From assembly GCA_963675295.2 (NCBI GenBank), contig CAXXKJ010000002.1, positions 288,001 to 352,000 on the forward strand: DNA of 64,000 nucleotides, read 5' to 3'. This document shows positions 29,092 through 37,909 of the stretch, in pieces. Made by a program: the position numbers and the translations under genes. This stretch comes from a bacterium. Lineage in GTDB: Bacteria; Electryoneota; Electryoneia; Electryoneales; Electryoneaceae. Under the pieces are notes generated by a model. It had not been told where the DNA came from and ran no database searches. It saw only the letters and a program-made list of their open reading frames with translations. Each line of letters opens with the position of its first letter. Positions within the stretch are counted from its first letter, which is position 1.

Positions 29092-29145
29092 TACAGGATA
29101 TTTCAGTTACCGACAACCATTCACCGCTTACCTAAGGCCCATAGC

Positions 29146-29931
29146 CTACTTCGCCACCCCCGTCATCCGCTCGAAGTTTTCGTCCGCGCCTTCCGGCGAT
29201 TTTAGTTCGCCGAGCGGGTAGTAGGGGATCATGTTGTCCTTCAGCCATTTGGTTGAATCGGTCGGCGTCATGCCCCAGTTTGTCGGGCAGGTGCTGAGGA
29301 TTTCGACCATGCTGAAGCAGGTCGCCTTGTCCTGGTACTGGAAGGCTTTCCGGATCATCGCCTTGGTCCTGATCGCCCATTGCGGGGAATGGACCGACCC
29401 ACGCGCGATGTAGGCCGGGGTGCGCAGCGTGGACAGCAGCTCGCGCATCCGGATCGGCCAGCCGGCGAGCTCGACGTCACGTCCTGTCGGGCTGGTGGTT
29501 GTCACCTGGCCCGGCAGCGTGGTCGGTGCCATCTGGCCGCCGGTCATGCCATAGATCGCATTGTTGACGAAGATGACAGTGATTTTTTCGCCACGGTTGG
29601 CGGCGTGCAGGATCTCGTTACCGCCGATGGACGCGAGGTCGCCGTCCCCCTGGTACGCGAACACGATCTTCTCCGGCGAGACACGTTTCATCCCGGTCGC
29701 GAAGGCCGGCGCACGGCCGTGCGCGGCTTCGAGGAAGTCGCAGTTGAAGTAGTTGTAGCAGAGCACCGAGCAGCCCACCGGCGCGACACCGACCGCGCGT
29801 TCACGCATGTGCAGCTCGTCCAATACTTCCGCGACGAGACGGTGCGCGACACCATGCGTACACCCGGGACAGTAGTGGGTGTGGTTCGATGACATCGCTT
29901 CGGGCTTGCAGAAAATCGTGTTCTCGGCCAT
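29146..29931 (-). CDS. 2-oxoacid:ferredoxin oxidoreductase beta (TPP-binding) subunit, Vor-like
   Basis: HYCPGC.HG, PVGC, HGRA, YQGDGD, NN..YGMTGGQ, CPTNW. Confidence 0.9.
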   Translation of the reverse strand: MAENTIFCKPEAMSSNHTHYCPGCTHGVAHRLVAEVLDELHMRERAVGVAPVGCSVLCYNYFNCDFLEAAHGRAPAFATGMKRVSPEKIVFAYQGDGDLASIGGNEILHAANRGEKITVIFVNNAIYGMTGGQMAPTTLPGQVTTTSPTGRDVELAGWPIRMRELLSTLRTPAYIARGSVHSPQWAIRTKAMIRKAFQYQDKATCFSMVEILSTCPTNWGMTPTDSTKWLKDNMIPYYPLGELKSPEGADENFERMTGVAK

Positions 29932-30156
29932 GATGACCTCTATTCGATGTGGGGTCGGGGACATCTGAACGGATCGTTTCTGTTGGTTGAATCCGCAGCA
30001 GGGTTCACTCCACCGTTACGTGTGGCTGAACGTTGCGCGTCAATCCGTTCAGGTGTCCCCTTCCTTTTCGTTACCAAATCTGCCCCGGACATTCATGTCC
30101 AGGATCAACTCAACGTCTTTCGACTTTGTACTTCTGTACTCAGTACGTCCGTTCTA

Positions 30157-31308
30157 CTACTTCTTCTTCGTGGCCGGTTTTTTCGCGGCCGGTTTCTTCG
30201 CGGTGGTCTTTTTTGTTGCTGGTTTCTTTGCCGACGCAGAGGCTTTCTTCGGTAACAGTTTCCGAATCGCATCGATCACTTCTTCCGGGGACGGTACAAT
30301 CCCGCCCTGACGTCCGAAGAAGCTGATCGGCTTGCGGTTGTTGGTGTACAGCCGCACGTCCTCAATCATCTGCCCGTTGTTCATCTCGACGCTGAGGAAC
30401 TGCTTGACGTGCGCTTTCTGGCTCAGCTCGTCAATCGCGACGGCAGGGAAGGGGTAAAGGCTGATAGGCCGGAACAGCGCGACATCCACACCCTCACCGT
30501 TCAGCACGTCGATCGCGGTCTTGCAGACACGGGCGGCAGTGCCGAACGACACGATGATCAGCTCCGGCTTGCCGAGGCCGCCGTACATCTCATGCTTCTG
30601 TTCGTGCTTCGTGATCGTGGCGTACTTCTCGGCGAGGTGATGGTTGTGCGCTTCGTTGTCGGCCGGGTTCAGGTACAGCGTTTTGATGATGTGCTTCTCG
30701 CGTCCTTTTGCTCCGGTCACGGCCCAGCTGGAATGGTCAGCGGGGGTGCCGGTCTTGACGGCGTCGAAGTCGACCGGTTCCATCATCTGCCCGATCAGGC
30801 CGTCCGCAAAGATCATCACCGGGTTGCGGTACTTGTCGGCGAGGTCGAACGCGACCATCATGTGTTCGACCGCTTCCTGTACCGTGGACGGCGCGAGCAC
30901 GATCAGCCGGAAATCGCCGTGTCCGGAGGCGTGTGTCGCCTGGAAATAGTCGCCCTGGCTTGGCAGAATGCCGCCGAGGCCGGGGCCTGCACGGCAGACA
31001 TTGATGAACACACACGGCAGCTCGGCGCTGGTGATGTAGGATAACGCTTCGCTCATCAGGCTGATGCCCGGGCTCGAGCTGGAGGTGAAGACCCGCTTGC
31101 CGGAGGATGCCGCGCCGAAGATCATGTTGGACGCGCCCAGCTCGGATTCCGCCTGCACGAACACACCGCCGACTTCCGGCAATCTGCGCGCGAGGTATTC
31201 CGCGACTTCGGTTTGCGGGGTGATCGGGTAGGCGAAGTAACGGTCGGCACCGGCACGGATGGCCGCTTCACCGATCGCTTCGTTGCCCTTCATCAATTTC
31301 TTTGCCAT
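30157..31308 (-). CDS. vorB: 2-oxoacid (ketoisovalerate-type) ferredoxin oxidoreductase alpha subunit
   Basis: LMKGNEAI, YPITPQ, QAESE, SSSPG, R.GPGLG.I.PSQ.DY, VEM..GQ; Lys/Ala/Pro-rich tail. Confidence 0.85.
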   Translation of the reverse strand: MAKKLMKGNEAIGEAAIRAGADRYFAYPITPQTEVAEYLARRLPEVGGVFVQAESELGASNMIFGAASSGKRVFTSSSSPGISLMSEALSYITSAELPCVFINVCRAGPGLGGILPSQGDYFQATHASGHGDFRLIVLAPSTVQEAVEHMMVAFDLADKYRNPVMIFADGLIGQMMEPVDFDAVKTGTPADHSSWAVTGAKGREKHIIKTLYLNPADNEAHNHHLAEKYATITKHEQKHEMYGGLGKPELIIVSFGTAARVCKTAIDVLNGEGVDVALFRPISLYPFPAVAIDELSQKAHVKQFLSVEMNNGQMIEDVRLYTNNRKPISFFGRQGGIVPSPEEVIDAIRKLLPKKASASAKKPATKKTTAKKPAAKKPATKKK

Positions 31309-31407
31309 GACGGCCTCTTACTTCAGCTGTGAGTTATGAGCTGTGAGTGATGAGCCTGAAAGACAACACAAAACCACGCTCAGCACGTAGCAAGTGACGG
31401 AACTTGC

Positions 31408-31641
31408 CTAATACGGGAAATAGTTGTACTGGACGGCGTTGACGCCGATTTCGATCGCGACATCCGGGCAGGTGATCGCGCACAGGCGGCAGCCGATGCA
31501 GCGCGGCTGGTCGAACACTGTGGCGTAGAAATAGCCCTTGGCGTTGATCTTCTTCGACATCTCGATAATCTGCTGCGGGCAGGCCTGCACACACAGCTCG
31601 CAGCCTTTGCAGCGGTCGGGTTCGATGGTGACACGTGGCAT
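31408..31641 (-). CDS. 2-oxoacid:ferredoxin oxidoreductase delta subunit (2x[4Fe-4S])
   Basis: CKGCELCVQACP, NAKGY, CIGCRLCAITCPD. Confidence 0.9.
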   Translation of the reverse strand: MPRVTIEPDRCKGCELCVQACPQQIIEMSKKINAKGYFYATVFDQPRCIGCRLCAITCPDVAIEIGVNAVQYNYFPY

Positions 31642-31677
31642 GAACGGATCACTTTCGGTTGTGACAATCCGCCGGTA

Positions 31678-31695
31678 TCGTGAAAATTCGCACAA
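31678..31695. promoter_or_regulatory. Putative Rex operator
   Basis: tcgtgaaaattcgcacaa matches 11/14 positions of TTGTGAA-N4-TTCACAA, 37 nt upstream of the operon; second match at 31957-31974. Confidence 0.4.
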
Positions 31696-32337
31696 GCTGA
31701 AAACGTTGTGCGTATTGGCTGTTGGGGACTCGACTGTTCCGGCGGGAACACAGGTGAACGAAAGATAGGGGCAGGGAATTGAGCCGCGCAAATACGCCGG
31801 AGTGTGCAAACCGTTACCAGCTTTGCATAGTGTTCATTTTAACAGCGATGCTGGAAACAGTCAAAATGCCCAGCGTCCATGCGGTCTATCAGCGGGTGTG
31901 GGGTCGCCTGGGCACCAGGTCATTCACCTGTTCACCGGAGAAAGGGGAGGTTAACCATGTGAAAAGATACGCAAGAACGTGTTCTGTCAAGGGTTTCGTG
32001 GTCGTGGTCGGCGATGTTTTCAGCACTGGAAAGTGGTCTCGTCCGATCTATATGGGCCGGCCCGTACTGCATGCCTCCGGAAATCGGCACCCCCTCCGGG
32101 AGGGAATCGCCCCTAACAGTATAGGAATTAGGGAATTACCTCGGAACTACGGATTATAAGCGGATGTAAATCATCATTGACCTGTTCGAGAGAAAGTTGT
32201 TAGCTTGAGCTTCAGAGGGGCAAAACTACGGGGAAAGTCCGCCTCTCAAACATGGATAGCAAGATCTGCGCATCACTTAATCCCCCCTTCAGGATACCAC
32301 TCAATCCGGCCACGCCGGACAAGCGGAGGACCTGTCC

Positions 32338-34596
32338 ATGAAACACCTGCCCCTTTTACTTCTGATCATCTGCCTGATAGTCGCGATGCCAGTCGTGTCC
32401 GGCTCCAAGATGACACCGGCGGAACGGCAGCAGTACAACATCGATCAGAAAACACAATCCGATACGGACCCCGGCCTTCCGCACCTTGACAGCACCGGCG
32501 GTCCGGATACCTTCGGCTACACCTGGATCGACAGCGAGGAGGCTGGCGGACCCACCTACAGCTGGGTCGATATCACCGCCACCGGCACCGAAATCGCGGC
32601 GGCGGATGAATTGGACGACGATGACCGCGTCGGCCCGTACCCAATCGGATTCCTGTTTCCGTTTTACGGTGCGGGGGAAGAATACTTCTGGGTGCAATCC
32701 AACGGTGGCGTGTCGTTTGTCCCGAACCTTCTTGGATTATCCAATCAGTCGATGCCGTACCAGTATTTTGGCGCGCTGATTGCGTTGTTCTGGGACGATC
32801 TCGATCCGGAGAACGGTCTGTACGGCAGCGTTTACTATGACACGGTGACCATCGGCACGCAGGACGCATGCGTCGTCTCGTTCATCAACTACTCGGAGCA
32901 TCCGCCAAGCGACACGTCACCCCGCATCAACATGCAGGTCTTGCTGTTCGAGGATGGCCGCATTCGTCTGCAGTACCAGTCCATCGACAACGGCTTCGAC
33001 TGTACCAGCTGCACGGTGGGGATTCAGAACCACGCTGGCAACGACGGTCTCTCGGTCATCTACAACAATGCCAGCGGCAACTATCCGTATGCCGGGTATG
33101 TCGTCGACTTCATACCACCGACACCGACGGCCGCTCTCTACGGTATCGTTTATCTGCAGGGTGGAGCGCCTCTGGCCGGCGCAAACGTCCGTTGCGGTTG
33201 CAGAGAAACGGTTACGGATGCTGTCGGCAGCTACACGATCACGGGATTGTACCCTGGAACGTACAAGGACATCGTCTGGAAATCGGGTTACGACGCGATC
33301 AACAGTACGACGACTCTTGCAACTGGGACGAACAATCTGAACTATGCGCTTTCGCTCAGCCCGACCCCGATCAACGGCCCGTTCACGGACGATTTCGAAA
33401 GCGGCGGTACGCCGTTGTTCACAGGTTCCGGTGACTGGGAATTTGGATCACCAACCTATGATCCCAACGGCGCCCATTCTGGCAGCAACGCCTGGAGTAC
33501 TATCCTCAACGGGGATTACAACCTCAACCGTGACGACTGGCTGATTTCGCAGAAAGGGTTCGTCGTCCAGGCAAATTACTCGCTGAAGTACTGGCACTGG
33601 TTCGACTATGAGGGTGGATACGACGGCTACAATGTCTGGATTTCCACCACCGCCGGGGCGTTCTGGGAGATGCTCTATCCGACGGACGGCTACAGCGATC
33701 CGGACGGATTCTACACCGCCTTTGGGCTGCCGAACTTCAATAACTGGAACACGAACGAAGAGCGAATGTGGGTAGAAAAGGAATTCCCGCTCGGGGACTA
33801 TGTCGGCCAGACAGTCTGGTTCGCCTTCCGCCACAACACCGACGTCTCGGTCGTTTATTCCGGGGTGACGATCGACGACCTCGACTTCAGCAGCGGCGGC
33901 ACCGCGCCGTATGTGCTGCTCCAGTTATGGCCGGTGAATGTCAACATTCCGTCCTACGGCGGCATGCTGGTGTACGACGCCGGTATTACCAGCACCTACA
34001 GCCAGATGATCACCGGCCAGGCGTGGACCGATCTCATCCTGCCGAACGGCAACTCGTACGGCCCGTTGATGGTCATTCCGGTCAATGTCATGCCCGGCTA
34101 CAGGTTCTTCGGCAACCTGACGCAGAACATTCCTGCGATGGCACCGCCGGGACCGTACATGTTCAACGGGTACCTCGGACGGAGACCGTATGTCGCGTCC
34201 ATGGATAGTTTCCCGTTCACCAAAACGGTTGTTCCGGGGCCGGACGGTGAGGAAGTGTTGAACTGGGATGCTGAGGAATGGGTGAGCTCGGACGCGCCGC
34301 CGGAGGTCGTGGAAACGGCCGCTCAGCTTCCGGAATCGTTCGCGCTGCATGCCGTATGGCCGAACCCGTTCAACGCGTCCGCGACGATCACCGTTGACTT
34401 GCCGGTGACGGCGAACCTGGAGGTTTGTGTTTTCAACCTGAACGGGCAGGAGATGGCGGTGCTCGTGAACGGCCAGACCGAAGCTGGGTCGCACAGCTTG
34501 CATCTGGACGGATCAACCTGGGCGAGTGGTGTGTACTTTGTGCAGGCGCGGCTGGGTGATCAGGTCGCAGTGCAGAAGATGACGCTGCTCAAGTAA
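32338..34596 (+). CDS. Secreted multidomain protein (GGPD.FGY/NIDO-like, carboxypeptidase-regulatory-like, jelly-roll, C-terminal sorting domain)
   Basis: Signal peptide; TGGPDTFGYTWIDS, FWDDL, TDAVG.Y, YDGYNV, WPNPFN..ASGVYFV. Confidence 0.8.
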   Translation: MKHLPLLLLIICLIVAMPVVSGSKMTPAERQQYNIDQKTQSDTDPGLPHLDSTGGPDTFGYTWIDSEEAGGPTYSWVDITATGTEIAAADELDDDDRVGPYPIGFLFPFYGAGEEYFWVQSNGGVSFVPNLLGLSNQSMPYQYFGALIALFWDDLDPENGLYGSVYYDTVTIGTQDACVVSFINYSEHPPSDTSPRINMQVLLFEDGRIRLQYQSIDNGFDCTSCTVGIQNHAGNDGLSVIYNNASGNYPYAGYVVDFIPPTPTAALYGIVYLQGGAPLAGANVRCGCRETVTDAVGSYTITGLYPGTYKDIVWKSGYDAINSTTTLATGTNNLNYALSLSPTPINGPFTDDFESGGTPLFTGSGDWEFGSPTYDPNGAHSGSNAWSTILNGDYNLNRDDWLISQKGFVVQANYSLKYWHWFDYEGGYDGYNVWISTTAGAFWEMLYPTDGYSDPDGFYTAFGLPNFNNWNTNEERMWVEKEFPLGDYVGQTVWFAFRHNTDVSVVYSGVTIDDLDFSSGGTAPYVLLQLWPVNVNIPSYGGMLVYDAGITSTYSQMITGQAWTDLILPNGNSYGPLMVIPVNVMPGYRFFGNLTQNIPAMAPPGPYMFNGYLGRRPYVASMDSFPFTKTVVPGPDGEEVLNWDAEEWVSSDAPPEVVETAAQLPESFALHAVWPNPFNASATITVDLPVTANLEVCVFNLNGQEMAVLVNGQTEAGSHSLHLDGSTWASGVYFVQARLGDQVAVQKMTLLK

Positions 34597-34682
34597 CGGC
34601 AATGCTGCTTGAGCGAGGGAGAGATAAGTTAGTTGCTCAACTCGTGAAATGTGGAATAGACGTCATAGAAACGAGATAAAGC

Positions 34683-34712
34683 AAACGGGCGCGGAAAAAC
34701 CGCGTCCGTTTT
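34683..34712 (+). terminator. Intrinsic terminator
   Basis: aaacgggcgcgg-aaaaa-ccgcgtccgtttt followed by T-rich sequence. Confidence 0.6.
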
Positions 34713-34727
34713 GTTTCTCGTGAAACA
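34712..34727. promoter_or_regulatory. parS-like site (1 mismatch)
   Basis: tgtttctcgtgaaaca versus TGTTTCACGTGAAACA. Confidence 0.6.
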
Positions 34728-34877
34728 ATCTCTCGAAGCCTCTCGTGACGCGGGTTCCGCTCCATTCCGATTTTTCCGGATCGTGGAACACACGGTGTCC
34801 GTCGTGCGGACTTGCATTTCTGCACGGTAGAACGCAACGTTTCTCCCTGACCCGTTCACCCAACACCGGCCCGATCC

Positions 34878-35342
34878 ATGTCCGTCACACCCGCGATCCG
34901 TTTCCTCAAGCAGCACAAGGTCCCGCACGAAGTCCTTGAGTACGATCACAAGGTGAAGGGGGCATCCTTCGCCGCCGAGGCGATCGGGTGGCCGTTGGAG
35001 GCAGTGTTGAAAACACTGGTCGTCGCATTGAATAATCGTGAATTTGCGCTTTGCTGCCTGCCGGGCACGGCAGAGTTGTCGCTGAAAAATCTAGCCCGTG
35101 CGGCGGGGGTGAAGTCGGCACGGATGGCGACGCAGCAGGAGGCGACGAAGGTCACTGGCTACGTCTTCGGCGGCACCAGCCCGTTCGGCACCCGCAAGCG
35201 TCTGCCGGTGTGGTTCCACGAGCCGGTCGTGTCGCTGGACCGGATTGCCATCAACGGCGGGCATCCCGGCACCCTGGTTGCCCTTTCCCCGCAGGACGCC
35301 GTCTCTGTTCTAGGCGCTCAGACCGCTGACCTCGCTGCCTGA
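34878..35342 (+). CDS. ybaK: YbaK/EbsC aminoacyl-tRNA deacylase
   Basis: TPAIRFL, KTLVV, TGY..GG.SP.G.RK, GG..G. Confidence 0.85.
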   Translation: MSVTPAIRFLKQHKVPHEVLEYDHKVKGASFAAEAIGWPLEAVLKTLVVALNNREFALCCLPGTAELSLKNLARAAGVKSARMATQQEATKVTGYVFGGTSPFGTRKRLPVWFHEPVVSLDRIAINGGHPGTLVALSPQDAVSVLGAQTADLAA

Positions 35343-35369
35343 TCTATCCACGTGGCCCAGTCTATCCAC

Positions 35370-35526
35370 GTGCCCCAGACACTCGTGTCTGGGCTGATCC
35401 GAGGATCCATCACCATGCCCACGACATTCATGTCGTGGATTCTCCGCTCTTGCCCGAGTTGGCTTTGACAACGCGGGCTTTCCGGAAGCGGCCGCAGTCT
35501 GCCCTGACGAGTTTACTCGTCGGGAT
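35370..35526 (+). repeat. Cluster of four TGCCC-head REP-like hairpins
   Basis: Heads at 35370, 35415, 35450, 35499 with different stem interiors. Confidence 0.75.
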
Positions 35527-35623
35527 TATCTGGCACTTCCAGGCCCGTGCGGGCGTGCATGCGCAGCTTCATTCACCTTCCATAGCCCATAGCTCCCCAA
35601 TCTGTTGTATTGTCTCCACGAGC

Positions 35624-35641
35624 TGTTGTAGTTCTACAACA
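35624..35641. promoter_or_regulatory. Putative operator of the XRE regulator
   Basis: TGTTGTAG-tt-CTACAACA perfect inverted repeat 20 nt before the ATG. Confidence 0.55.
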
Positions 35642-35661
35642 AACCGTCGTAGATTTCACCT

Positions 35662-35919
35662 ATGAAGACGAGGCAACTATACAACCGTATCGCTGTTCTG
35701 CGGAACGAACGCAACGTTTCGCGAAAGGAGCTCGCGTCGGCGATCGGGGTCAACTACCAGACGGTTGGCTATCTCGAGCGTGGGGAATACAACCCCAGCC
35801 TCGACCTGGCCTTCAAGATCAGTGAATTTTTCGGTTTGCCGATCGAGATCATTTTCTCGACACAGCCGATGAAGCCGCTCAGCGAGGAGTTGTTTGAGCG
35901 GAGAAGGGGGGACCAATGA
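35662..35919 (+). CDS. XRE-family HTH transcriptional regulator
   Basis: NRIAVLR..R..SRKELA..IGV.YQT..YLERG.YNPSL.LA.KI. Confidence 0.9.
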   Translation: MKTRQLYNRIAVLRNERNVSRKELASAIGVNYQTVGYLERGEYNPSLDLAFKISEFFGLPIEIIFSTQPMKPLSEELFERRRGDQ

Positions 35920-36407
35920 CACGCGAACAGGCACGTAACGAAATTCGCGGTTGGGTGATGACGAATTACGGCTTCACGTTGTTTGCGGTGTTGTTGCCGG
36001 CGTTGCAGAAACAGCTCGAACTCGACTGGCCGTGGATCACGTTGATTCTGCTGGTTGTGGTAGCGGGGATTGCGTGGTCCCATGACCGCGCGTTCGTGCG
36101 CACAGGGCTGTGGGCTCAAACACACGCCAAACCGGACACGTTGGACGAACGCGAACGCGAGATCGCGCATCAGGCGCTCGCCACTTCGTACCGCTGGATC
36201 ACCGTTATCATGCTGTTGGCGATCTACCTGATCATCCTGTCTCATGAACAGGTGGTCGCCACCTGGTTACATTGGATCAGGCCGGTCGCGCCGGTGCTGG
36301 CGGTGGGGTTGATTTACGCGGCTCACACGCTTCCAGCCGCGCTCATCGGCTGGAAGGAGCTGCCGCCGGCAGAGGGTTCGGCAAACGACGTCGCTGCGGC
36401 GCAGTAG
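35916..36407 (+). CDS. Membrane protein (LDERE motif)
   Basis: About 4 TM helices; LDERER..A.A.SY; coupled to the XRE gene. Confidence 0.7.
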   Translation: MTREQARNEIRGWVMTNYGFTLFAVLLPALQKQLELDWPWITLILLVVVAGIAWSHDRAFVRTGLWAQTHAKPDTLDEREREIAHQALATSYRWITVIMLLAIYLIILSHEQVVATWLHWIRPVAPVLAVGLIYAAHTLPAALIGWKELPPAEGSANDVAAAQ

Positions 36408-36419
36408 AGGGAGGTCCGC

Positions 36420-36959
36420 ATGCTTGATCAACGCATGAACCTGAGGTCCGCGAAGTGGATTGGGTTTGGCGGATTGACGGGAATCGTGATCCTCGGCGCG
36501 CTGGGCCGGTTTGTCATGGCCGGGCTGGCGGTGGCGCTGGGGTATCCGGCGAATCTGAGCGTCGCTGGTATCATCATGGTCAGCCTGCTCGGCGGCGTGC
36601 TCGGTGCGATTGGCGGGCTGATCGCGCAGATGCTGACCCGGATAGGGTTCATCCGGGGTCGGGGCGTGTTTGCCGGGATGGTGCTGTTCGTGATGTCGAT
36701 GGTGTTGCTGCAGGCGCCGCAGCCGTCCCAGCCGGCGGTTGATGCGAATCCGCAGCTGGCGGTGATGTGGTTGCACAACGGGCCGGGCGTCGACTCGGAG
36801 AACTACGCGATTCGTCTCGCGACATTAACCCTCGCGGCGCTGATGTATCTGTTGTACGGTTTCGCGCTCGACCGGCTGCTGCGCGACAAACCAGTCGCAG
36901 ACGACGAGAAGGACGACGCTACTCCTGACCTGGATTCGGATCCAGGGGAACGGCTTTGA
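36420..36959 (+). CDS. Hypothetical membrane protein
   Basis: GGAGG RBS; about 4 hydrophobic helices. Confidence 0.6.
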   Translation: MLDQRMNLRSAKWIGFGGLTGIVILGALGRFVMAGLAVALGYPANLSVAGIIMVSLLGGVLGAIGGLIAQMLTRIGFIRGRGVFAGMVLFVMSMVLLQAPQPSQPAVDANPQLAVMWLHNGPGVDSENYAIRLATLTLAALMYLLYGFALDRLLRDKPVADDEKDDATPDLDSDPGERL

Positions 36960-37905
36960 TCGTCGCGTAAACCGGGAAATGGTCGGAGGTAATCCGACCG
37001 TTCACCGTCTCGTTAAGGATGCCGGCGTCGAGGATTTTCCACCCCGCTGACGTGAATACGTAGTCAATTTTCTCCCCGGACCGGTCGCCTGTCCAACTGT
37101 TGTAGGTGCCCACGCTGTCCGCGTCCGGATGCAGCACGCGGAACGTGTCACGGAACGGTTGGTGCCACGGCGCGTCTGCAGGAATGGCTGAATCAAATTC
37201 AATACGGAGGCCGATTGGGGTTCGGAAACTGCCCGGAACAAATTCCCGGCGCAGGGGGTCCAGCGCAGGGTTGTCTTCGCCGGCGTTAAAGTCCCCGGTC
37301 AACACGAGCGGACCCGACCCGAAGTACCACATGAACTGACGGATCAGCTTCACACTCTCTTCCCTCGAACGTTGGGATTCGTGATCCAGATGGGTATTGA
37401 AGACCGTGAACCTATCACCCGAATCGTCCGTCAACACGGCCCATGTCACGATACGGGGCAAAGTGTTTCCGAACGATCGAGCGCCGGTCTCATAATACCG
37501 TTCCGCCAACCACCACGTGCCTTGATCGATCACGGAAAACCGGTCCGTCTTGACCAGGATCGCGCTGTATTCTCCGGCTGCGACGCCATCATCCCGGCCG
37601 ACGCCGATCTCGGTGTAGCCCGGAACACGTTCTTCCAGCTGGTCGAGTTGATGCCGCAGCGCTTCCTGCAGGCAGAGAATCTCGGGGTCGAGGTCGCGAA
37701 TCTGTTGCGCGACGGCGTCCACACGCAATTCCCAGCGGTTGTCACCGTCGCCGGGGTTGTCGTAACGGATGTTGAAGCTCATCACGGTGATCGGCTCGGC
37801 GCCACTTCCCGATTCGGCTTGCGCGATCCCCGCCGAACAGGTCATCACAGCGATCCCCATGCCAAACATCAGGAATAGAGTGCGAATCCGCCAATCGTTA
37901 ACCAT
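36919..37905 (-). CDS. Endonuclease/exonuclease/phosphatase family protein
   Basis: MSFNIRY, CLQE, NTHLD, GDFN, IDYVF, SDHFPV; start uncertain. Confidence 0.9.
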   Translation of the reverse strand: MVNDWRIRTLFLMFGMGIAVMTCSAGIAQAESGSGAEPITVMSFNIRYDNPGDGDNRWELRVDAVAQQIRDLDPEILCLQEALRHQLDQLEERVPGYTEIGVGRDDGVAAGEYSAILVKTDRFSVIDQGTWWLAERYYETGARSFGNTLPRIVTWAVLTDDSGDRFTVFNTHLDHESQRSREESVKLIRQFMWYFGSGPLVLTGDFNAGEDNPALDPLRREFVPGSFRTPIGLRIEFDSAIPADAPWHQPFRDTFRVLHPDADSVGTYNSWTGDRSGEKIDYVFTSAGWKILDAGILNETVNGRITSDHFPVYATIKAVPLDPNPGQE

Positions 37906-37909
37906 CTCG

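Noticed and set aside
32215-32260. c-di-GMP-I riboswitch (ggcaaaac...gaaa)
   Set aside because: The GACGCAAAGC core and the second stem are missing.
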